A model generated the notes under the pieces. The model saw nothing but the letters and a program-made list of their open reading frames with translations, had not been told where the DNA came from and searched no databases. 20,000 nucleotides of DNA from Lama guanicoe. Its lineage: Eukaryota. The stretch covers positions 168,380-188,379 of the forward strand of contig MU053083.1 in NCBI GenBank assembly GCA_013239625.1, read 5' to 3'. The first letter of the stretch is position 1. Every line of letters starts with the position of its first letter. Shown piece after piece: positions 11,192-20,000 of this stretch. Both the position numbers and the translations under genes were made by a program.

Positions 11192-13849
11192 AAAGTAAAC
11201 CAAGGGTATTTGAAGTAATATTTGGGGAGACTGTGGGTTAGCATCCTTTCCACAGCACACACGTCTGTATCCCCTCATTTGAATAGAATTGTTTCTGGAT
11301 GGATCATAGACCTGATAGGATGGATTCATGACACAGCCATTTGTGCCATTTTTCAAAATGATGAAGACCACCCCCTTGGAAGTGGGCACCGTGGAATTTC
11401 CAGAAATGCTGGGTCACAGCTGAGGGGCCTTAAGAAATCTAAGAAAAGGCGAGCTGAACAAGGGCAGCCAGCACGTTCACAGTTATCCAAATCTCAAATT
11501 ATTATGGCCTACACCTGAAACTAGTATAGTGTTCTAGGTCAGCTACATGCTCAACTTTTTTTTAAGTAAAAAAACACATTTTTAAAAAGTCAGCACAGTG
11601 AACTCCACACCCTTGGCTGAAATTCAGAGTGCCAAGGGAGGGGGACATGTGAAACTGCCTGGGCCTTGTGTTTATACCTTAGGGTGAATATATTTCCTGA
11701 GCAGTAATACTGCCCCTTTCTGAGAAAAAGTGGTTACAGGAGGTTCCATGCTATGTATTGAGTGACCCAGGCAGGCCACAGCTGATGGACCAGAAATTGG
11801 CACCAAAGCAGCCATTTGTCGGCCAGCCAAACACCCTGCTCAAACCCCATCACCAGACGTGAGCTGAGTCTCTGTTTCCTGCTCCATGGAAGAAGGGAAC
11901 TAACACACAGGAGTTACCTTCCCATCCATCTTGCTCCCCTCATCCACCTCTGGGGCTGGGGCTGCATGGATTCCAGGCTCTTCCTTCCAGCCTAGCTCTC
12001 TGGCCAGTCCCTGTGGGTCTTGCCTGGTGCGGCTTGCTCTCAACCACCCAGCCCACGTGTGCCAGGGAGACTCAGAACACCTGGGCGACCCATGTGCTGG
12101 TCCACAGCAGAATTCTCAGTGACCGCCGTCACTAACAGCGTAACTGTCCTGGGAAGATGGGGAATTCTGGTTAATAGAGAAACCACAACCATGTTTCAAA
12201 TCGAAGCTATCAGGAATGGTAAGATAAACACTATTTCATGTGTCCCTGAGACAGAAACCCAAATAGAGGGTCTCTTAGAGACATCCCAGGGCCCAGTGCA
12301 CCGGTGACAAGTGATGACCCCGCCTCATGGTGGGGACAGCAAGGAGACTTCAAGTTTACGCCGGCACGGAGTGGAGTGAAGGGAAGGAAGTCTGAATATT
12401 TGAACCACATGCTGCTCCTCACGCAGGCTTGCAGTCTGAATTCACACTACATGTGTGGTCCAAGAAACAACCCTGAAGCCAAGACTCTAAAGTGGTCCCC
12501 AGGTACCCAACAGAAGTGATTGCAGCCCTCTCTGGAAAAGCCTGCCTTTAATTAAGTAAGATACATCCCAGCTTCAGAGACACTAAACAGAATGAGCATC
12601 GGAGAATCAATGAACTAGCGTGGCTCTAATTTTATAAAGCGTCAGAAAGTAATAAAATGTACTGAAAATCAGAATTGCTTGAGTGTGTCTGAACACGTCT
12701 GACCATCAGCAGCCCCGGGTCCTCCAGGGCTCTCAGTGGCCTTATCATGAGCAGCAGACACCTGTGCAGGTAGGAAGCAGGGAGGGCCGTTCTCTCCTTG
12801 AATAGATGCAACAGAATTCCTTCTGTGTGTCTAATTTCCAGCCAGAGGCTGGCAGAGGTGAGACAAAGCAAATGGCACAAGGAAAAGACAAGTGCTGAAA
12901 ACAACTGAACAGGGAGGGGAGGGCAAGGTGGGAGCACGACACACAGTTCTGCTCCCTAGGCCGAGGCAGAGGGGCGGGATGCCGGAAGCGCGCATGTGTA
13001 AGCATCAAGTCCACGGGCACATCCCTCGGTACTTCTGAAAGGGGCTCCTTTGCCTCTCATACAGGTAGGGGACATATCCTATTCGAGAACCCATGGTAAG
13101 AGCCCCGAAATAATTAAATGCAAGACGGGAGAGAATCATACACTATCTGGTCTGGACTACAGGAGACAGTCACATTGAGAACTAAGGAAGTGTTTGCTTT
13201 TTTTTTTTTTTCCCTTATCTTACTTGCAGAGAGATTTGCAGAGAGGAGATGGGCTCTGAGATGGGCCTCAAAGGATTAGAGCAGTGCCTGATGTCCACTG
13301 TCACTAAATCTTTATCCCCTACTTGGGATGCTATGCCCAACACTGCAGCTGAAGGCTTCTTAGCCCAGCCCTCTACCATACCCTTGCTCCAGGCGAGGGC
13401 TCATTCTGAGCCTTCCCACAATGCTCCCAGGCTGCCCCACCTGCAGCCACCTCCTCCAGGCTCCAGGCTGGGAGAATCTCCTATGGCTAAAGTGCCTGCC
13501 CTGGGGAGAACAAGGGAAGGAAGCAGAAGCTCCCGGACACACAGGCCAGGTGATGGATGGCTGCGTGCTCACGGGGGCACCCAGGCCCCTCAGGAGCCAG
13601 CTCCAGGGCTCTATCTCCAACAGTGAATCCAACCCTCCAAGTCCTGCACATCTGCCAGGCCTCATTCCCCAGATACTTAGTGAGAATCTTCAAGTAACGA
13701 TAAAAACAGGGAGAAGGAGGGTAATTATCAGTAACATTCCTATGAGTTTAGTTAATTCTAAAGGAAGAAAAATTTAACAGTGCATACAGATGCAGAGCCT
13801 AAGATCTGCCCGGAGGGGCGCGTTAGAGACCCCCATTGGCAGTCCACAC

Positions 13850-13960
13850 TGGAATCCCATCATTAGAAGCCTGGAGGGCCTAACCTCTATCCTATCTGGA
13901 ACCCTGAGACCCAGAGAGGGAAATGGTTTGCCCAAGATCACCGCTTCCACCAACAGCTGA
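13850..13960 (-). mobile_element. MIR fragment
   Basis: Core ctgagacccagagagggaaatggtttgcccaagatcac. Confidence 0.55.
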
Positions 13961-14479
13961 GCTGGCAGAAAGCAGTTGCCCTGGCTTGCTGGCTGAAGCA
14001 GGATGGTCTGCCATTCCAGAGGTCAAGGTTTTATCTTTCTCTTTATGGTGTTTTATCTTTCTCTTGATGTTTTGCAAATTCTCAAAGCTCATCCCCTGAC
14101 CTTCCAGAATGCTTTTTACAGCTGAGCAAGATAAGCTGAAATAGAGCCCCAGACGTCCCTAAAAGGCATCTAAGGAGACGTCACTCCTGAAACCTCCCAG
14201 GACTCTCCTCCAAAAATGTTCCAACTTTGGACACCCCTCTCCCAAAACATCCTGACTCGGGACTTGTGGCACTAAGAGCTTTAACAAGGTCTGTCTACCG
14301 CAGTGTAGGCCTGGTCCTGCTCTTCCCAGAAAAGTCAGCCCCATTTCTACCAAGCCCAGGAGAACCTAAGCTTCCGTGGATGTCTCTCTGTGGTAGCTAA
14401 GCAGAGATGTCACATTCATGTCACCAGGGTTGTCCAGAACAGCTGTGTTAAGAGTTGCTCAGCAGCAGCCCCCAGCCCC

Positions 14480-14970
14480 ACGGCGCCCCGAGTCGAGTTG
14501 GGAGAGTGGTTGCCTGTATCACCAAACCATCTCCTGCGGGGAGGAGCGAAGAGTGCGGGAGGGACGCGGGTGAAGACAGAACGGGGAGAGGAACACTGGG
14601 TCGTGGGTTTCCTGGCTGGAGATGGGGGAGGAAGACAAACGGCGGAGAAAAGGGGATGCGGAAGGGGCAGCCGAGGGCAGACTCGGCGGGCGGAGGGGGG
14701 AGGAGAAGCCCCCTGCCCCCTGCCTCCCCCAGGCGCACAAGGAGACAAGTGGAGACTGGCTGGCCTCGGGCCACACTGCTCACCCCGGGAAACCTGAGCC
14801 CCCGCCGCCGCCCCGCCGCTACCGCCACTGCCCGGAGGGGCTCCAGCCGGACGGAGCGGGGCGCGGGCGCTGGGCCGTAGCCAGGGCTCGCGGAGCCTCC
14901 CCTGCCTGCCCCAGCGCTTCACTCAGACCTCCGTCACTTCCCACTGGCAACGTCTTATCACTTCCACCCT
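14480..14970. promoter_or_regulatory. CpG island with promoter-type motifs
   Basis: About 39 CpGs in ~455 bp by hand count (14481-14933), very GC-rich, with CCG runs at ~14802-14826. Motifs include a GC box GGGCGG (14688-14693) and an ETS/half-CRE composite CGTCACTTCC (14932-14941). Confidence 0.75.
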
Positions 14971-16034
14971 AGCGCTTCATTGTCCTGGAGCCTCAAACCA
15001 CAAAGAAGGAGAAAAACTGGGAGTTGACCAAGTGTGTCCCCCCAGGAGGCCTACCACCATCAGATGGTCTGAACCACTCTCTCCCTTTACCCATGACAGA
15101 CTCCCATCTGACCCATACCGGGTCATTTTCACCTTGAAAATAATGGCACAGCTGGAATGCTGGCCTCCTAGCCCCCCTGACCCCACTGGGGCTGTTCCAC
15201 CCTGCTCTGTTCTTAAGCCTGCACCATCTCTCATTCTTGTGCACTGTTCTCAGCATTGATCCACTGCCTGTTCTTTTGATCCAGCACCCCACCCCGCCCC
15301 CTGCAGCTACAGCGATACTGTACTGCACCTGAGGCCTGCCTCGGAGCACATATACACATTAAGCATCTGTTTGGAGCCCCAGGGGCCGTAATCCAAAGAT
15401 TCTTTTCAACGGCAGAATTCCAGGCACTTGGATGACAACATTTTGGTCGACAAAGACTCCCCTTTCGATCCTCCTGCCCCAGCACAGGGCTGCCCCAGTG
15501 ACCAGAAACCACAAGAACAGAGCCTCTCACCTCTTTTCCGGTGTCCTTCTCCATGGGCCACTGGCCAACAGGACAGTGAAGGTCCCCCGAGATGTGAGCG
15601 GGTCAGGGTTGGGGATGGACCTGTCTGGCCGGAGCTGAGAGCTTGCCAGCCTGTCCAGGGGAGGCCGCTCAGTCTCCCCCACCTCCACGTCAGAAAGCCT
15701 GTGAGTTTTCTTAACAGCGTTCTTAGCCAGCAACACAGCTGACCCGAATCAGACTTCAATCCGCAAGAGGGGGCTGTGGGAGCTTGAGGAGAGCTGGAGT
15801 ACGCCCCCGCCCCTGCACCCAGCACCTGCTTCCCGACCTTGTCAGGCCCTGATTTCTAAAGTGGCACCTCCCTCAGCTGCCCTCAATGGGCTGACTCCCC
15901 CCACCCCACCCTCCCAGCATGCCAGAGAGGCACCTGAGGAGGAAGCGGCTTCAAAGGCGAAGGAGAAAGAAAACAGAGGTTTGCATTAAAATAACAGCTG
16001 GCAATTTTTGAAGCCCTCAGAGCTCCTACCGCTA

Positions 16035-16180
16035 GATGGGACAGGTACTATTATCAGCAACCTCCTTTTCAAATGAAGAACAAGAGACATACAGAGTGGA
16101 AGGGACTTGCCCAAACTCACAGAGCTCATCGGTGGTGGAGGTAGGATTTGAACACACAGCCAGACTGGCACCAAGCTACT
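16035..16180 (-). mobile_element. MIR fragment
   Basis: aggtactattatc...ttttcaaatgaagaac...gacttgcccaaactcacagagct...aggatttgaacac. Confidence 0.75.
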
Positions 16181-16519
16181 GTTGCCACTAGACCCTTGCA
16201 CCTGGCGCAGTGACCTCCCTGACTCCAGTCCCGGATCCATCCCAGACAGACTGTCTCTGGGAGGACGCTAAACCCTCCCTCCGCCCCAGAGCCTCCGTGA
16301 ACCAGCTGACATGAAGGTCAGTTCCATCTCTGGCCAGCCCGTAAGCTGCTTACAGCTGGAGGCCAGCACGTGCTCATTGAGACCTGAAGGCCTGGGCTTC
16401 CCAGCCAAGCCTGATCCCAACTAAGCCAGGCTGTTGTTAAATCCTGTGTGCGCAGCTGGTCCACACTGCCTCCGCTGACACCTCCCCTAACCCTGCAGCA
16501 CTCTTGGGCTGAAATATGG

Positions 16520-16729
16520 GCTGGGGTTCCCCAGCAAAGTAAGTCTGGAAAATACCAAATTAAATTAAAGTTCTAGGCTTCTCAGAGCCTTTGAAAAGAG
16601 AAGTACTCACTGGTCATTGTTAAGAGGATGAGGTAGTATGCAGATTCAGAGGCCTGCCAAAGAGATATGACCAGGGAACAAACCCTTTATCATTGAGTAT
16701 CTTAAGGGAACCCACTTTGAGAAACACTT
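16520..16729. mobile_element. hAT-Charlie non-autonomous DNA transposon relic (MER103C-like), copy 1
   Basis: Internal cttctcagagccttt, terminal gaacccactttgagaaacact, followed by ttctagag (Charlie NTCTAGAN target preference). Confidence 0.6.
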
Positions 16730-17169
16730 TCTAGAGCAACATAATTAGTCCTGTTCCTACAGAGAGGCTCTCTCTAGTACCATCAACTGTGTATAGTAAG
16801 GAAGCATCGCAAGGATGGCGTAAATCTCCTAAGACTGCATACCGTAATATCCCCAGCAAGTTCAACCCAATCCCCCCACTACCTTCTCCCCTGGAGCTGA
16901 TCTGCCCAAACTTGTTTACAATTTGTGGGCAAATTTACATTCTGAAAACCACCCTAGATCAGCCAGCTGAAGAAACGATTAAGTCAGGCTTCCAGACAAG
17001 AAGTGAAATCATCCCGCTGGGAAGTTCTAAGTTGATTTTAATGGACTTGGGGGCAGGGGATGCTGTGAAAACACTGGCTCCGTGCCTTCCGGCTCCTGAA
17101 TAATAAGAAAATGCTGTCCATTGTACAGATTGCAGGATGCCTCCACATCCATTTCTGTCTTTGATCCTC

Positions 17170-17320
17170 GAAATAGCTCTGTATAGTGCTTAGGACAAAT
17201 ATTGCTGCCATTTGCTGGTTCTAGAAACTGAAGCCCAGAGAGGGTAAGTGATCTCTCCAAGGTCACACAGCCATTTGTGGGTATACCTGGAAGCACTTTG
17301 AAGCTGGGTCCAGGGCTCAT
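17170..17320 (-). mobile_element. MIR fragment
   Basis: Core gaaactgaagcccagagagggtaagtgatctctccaaggtcacacagc. Confidence 0.75.
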
Positions 17321-17599
17321 TCACGGGCCCCATACCCAGTTTCTTTTGTTGTGGTATTTCCTTCAAGAGGGTCTAAGCAAATGTGTTCTTTTTGAAGATG
17401 GACACTGCGAATAATACTTACTCAGGCTAAGGGTGCTTCCCTGCACCCACTACCTGTGCAAGGTCAAGGATCCATCTGGAAGCCACAGGTCATGCAAGCT
17501 CATGACTCCCTCTTCCAGGAGCTGCCCACTCAGTCACATGAGACCAGGGGGCCCACAACCTCACACAACTTCCACATTTGCCGAATCCTCTACCTGCAC

Positions 17600-17760
17600 G
17601 AGGAGTGCTCTGGGTCGGGAGTAGAGAGCCCGGGTCTGACTCCAGCTTCAGCCCTGCCCAAGCCATTGCATCACTCCCTGAACTTCTGCTTCCTCTGCCT
17701 GGGCCAGGTAAGTAACCTCACCCTGCCTGCTTGGCAGGTCTGTGTGAGGAGCACAGGGAG
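17600..17760 (+). mobile_element. Degenerate MIR
   Basis: gggagtagagagcccgggtctgactccagctt...tcactccctgaacttctgcttcctc...cctgcctgcttggcaggtctgtgtgagga follows the sense-strand MIR layout. Confidence 0.5.
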
Positions 17761-18643
17761 ACTGTCTGGGGCTGTGGGCTTCCTGTCTGAACCTCAGGAT
17801 GGCTTCTTCCCAGCCTCTTGGAGGGTGTAATTGCAGGTTTCTGTTCTAGATGTCTCAAAACCAGCAACAGTGGGCCTAAGGGACTTTGAGGCGCTTTTCC
17901 CTGATGTTGGAGTGGAACCAAGCCCTAGATGTGGGAGCTGGACCAGCTGGAGTGGGCGGGGGCTGACTCCACTCCAAGGAGCATCTCCTCTGTGTCCTCA
18001 TGTGCCATCAGACAGGGCCCAGAGGGACTTAAGGGGAGGAATGTGAACGCGATGCAAGAATTAGAGGCCAGAAGTAAGGGCTGCTCACTGCCGCTCAGCC
18101 CTCAGCCACCCCAGCCAATACACACAATCCACCCAGCGGACACTGTCACCCTATCCCATGGTTGCCACCACATCCTTCCTGAACTGACGCTTGTGGGTGC
18201 TAGATGCATTCTGCATGCACTTGGCCCGAGTCCTGGCTGCCTCTGATGAACTGTGGTCACCCTGCACCCCAGTATGTCTATTTGCATGATTTAGATTTCT
18301 AAGGAGGTATGGGCACCTGCTCAGTGTAATTTAGGGGCAGAGTCAGAGATGACCTGAAGCTGATTCTCCAGCCTCCCTTAGAACAAGTGGGCCTATGAAG
18401 AGATGGTACAGATGGAAGCCAATGGAACTCTCTCCAAGCAACCCTGGGGCTCAAGTTGCAGGGCTGAGGACACAGTATGATTCAGGGCAGAGAGAGAAAC
18501 AGCTTCCCTTCCCACTCAGGACATCGGTGTGGCTCTGTACTCTAGCATATGGAACGGGGCACAATTCAGGGGACCATCTCTCACCAAAAGCCTACCTTTA
18601 CCCCGCCTTAGGCTTTACTACTTGGAGCAATAATGGATTAGCT

Positions 18644-18883
18644 CAGTGTCCCCAAGTGTTATCTGCAGAGTACAGGTCCTTAAGATGCCAACACAGGGTC
18701 AGTAAAAGGGGTTCCATGGTAAACGGAGTTTGGGAAAGATAAACAGGTATCCTGGCCACAGGACTTCTCAGAGCCTTAAATATGATATGTTTATAGACCC
18801 GACAAGGAGGATGTAGCAGGCAGCTGTAGTGCAGAGCATTCCACAATATCACTGTCACCTAGAAAATATTTTGAGAAAAGCTA
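18644..18883. mobile_element. hAT-Charlie non-autonomous DNA transposon relic (MER103C-like), copy 2
   Basis: TIR-like ends cagtgtccccaagtgt and attttgagaaaagct. Internal aaaaggggttccatggtaaacggagtttgggaaa...caggacttctcagagccttaaatatg. Confidence 0.65.
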
Positions 18884-19189
18884 AACTGACCAAAGGCCAC
18901 AAATAAAATACACACACGTTCCCTTTCCTATTAGTGTAGGACCTGGATTAGTTTCTTCTATTACAGAGCTTCCACTTAAGGGATGGAACTTTCATGAGGC
19001 CAGCAGAGTCCTGGAGGGCAGGAGCAAGAAGAAGATGGTCAAGGGGTGTCATAGTCCTGGCTTGAGCCAGCACTGACTGCAGTATGCTGTGATGGTGCGT
19101 CTTGCTTTGTTCAGGGGGGAATCTGCAAGGCAAAGACCTGGGACCTCAATGGATTCCTCTTACCGTTTACTGCCCAGCCCACCACCTGC

Positions 19190-19832
19190 AAGTCCCGCTG
19201 GCCATCCCTCCACATCACATCCTGGGCCAGACCTCTTCCCTCCCCCTCCACTGTCATGTTAGCCAAGCCACCCGGACATGCAGCAGCCTCCCAAGTGGTC
19301 TCCTGGCTTCTGCTTCTGCTGCCCTAGAGGTCAAATCAAATCCCTGCTTCAGACTCTCCATCACATTCAGAGAAACATCCCAAGCACTTCCCTGGCTTAA
19401 AACGCTCTGCCTGCCTGCCAGCCACACCCCTACCAGCTCCTCCCCACCTACTACACGTTGCCTTTCTTCCTACTAACCAGACACACCAAGCTCAGCCCAG
19501 CCCAGACCTCAGCCAGGCTGCTCCCTGGCCCAGCCCACTCCCCTTCTTTGTCCATCTAGCTTCTCCTCATTTGAGTCTTAGCTGGGAAATCAAGACCATC
19601 CTTGATTTGCCCACCTGCCACCAACCACTCCACATCACACCACGTGAAAGTTCTCTTTGACATTTATCCTGAAAGCCAGTTTTCTTCTTCTTTGCATTTG
19701 ATTTTGTTTGTCCCCCTCAACAGCCCCATGGGGCAGAGTTGTCCATCTTCACCATTGCTTAACACCCAACCCAAGCTGAGAACAATGCCTGGTACATGGT
19801 GGACACTCAGGAGAGGGATGTTGATCAACGAC
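19190..19832 (+). mobile_element. LINE-2 3' fragment, sense
   Basis: Pyrimidine-rich L2 text (gcagcagcctcccaagtggtctcctggctt...cttccctggcttaaaac) ending in an L2-like tail agaacaatgcctggtacatggtggacactcag. Confidence 0.75.
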
Positions 19833-20000
19833 CTCTCCAGAACTCACCTCATCTGAAAATGGGTCCCAAGAGGATCTCCAAGTCAGCCTCCAGCTCTTAT
19901 GTCCCTCCATCCAGCTTACCCAGACCTCATGTTCGCCAGGCACACGCTGGCTTGATTTGCTCGCAAAGGCTTTATTTCATTTTTGCAGCAGTTCAGGGCA

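Noticed and set aside
11222..12307. Protein-looking segments (IVSGWIIDLIGWIHDTAICAIFQNDEDHPLG; VTAVTNSVTVLGRWGILVNRETTTMFQIEAIRN followed by GTAAGA)
   Set aside because: I recognise no protein family, and each segment lacks one good splice site. A TBLASTN or PhyloCSF hit would reopen this.
14366..14419. Minus-strand ATG giving MNVTSL, identical to the SMAD1 N-terminus as I recall it
   Set aside because: Similarity stops after six residues and the ORF closes at 17 aa, with no MH1 domain. Chance match.
14390..14972. Multiple overlapping 85-168 aa ORFs on both strands
   Set aside because: Expected from stop-codon depletion in a CpG island. The translations are low-complexity G/P/R/A with no recognisable domain.
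15761..15778. Second CTCF-like motif CCGCAAGAGGGGGCTG
   Set aside because: It mismatches a key core position in either alignment register.
1..20000. Prokaryotic systems (CRISPR arrays, operons, IS elements) and tRNA/rRNA genes
   Set aside because: The window is mammalian intron/exon and interspersed-repeat DNA. I saw no regularly spaced repeats or structured RNA genes.

Overview
Mammalian genomic DNA, most likely a cetartiodactyl and probably a camelid (inferred from the L1 3' ends; I recognised no Alu, Bov-tA, PRE1 or Can-SINE). Bases ~1-5390 hold the 3' end of ACAA2 (mitochondrial 3-ketoacyl-CoA thiolase) on the + strand: the last three coding exons (1866-1936, 3973-4127, 4998-5082) splice in frame to [29 protein letters not shown]...GHPLG...SACIGGGQGIAVIIQSTA*, followed by a ~300 nt 3'UTR with two AATAAA signals. 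The rest is intergenic: a LINE-dense AT-rich block, a switch to GC-rich sequence at a strong CTCF-like motif (~8390), a nested L1 cluster with a young TSD-flanked insertion (~10.2-11.2 kb), MIR, L2 and MER103C-like relics, and an orphan CpG island (~14.48-14.97 kb). I found no recognisable second protein-coding gene and no convincing novel system. The best leads are the CpG island with a minus-strand exon/intron layout, a cryptic 29-nt ACAA2 cassette exon, and a small Sp1/ETS/NRF1-like promoter cluster near 12.97 kb. Repeat family names and comparisons to human come from memory and need database confirmation.
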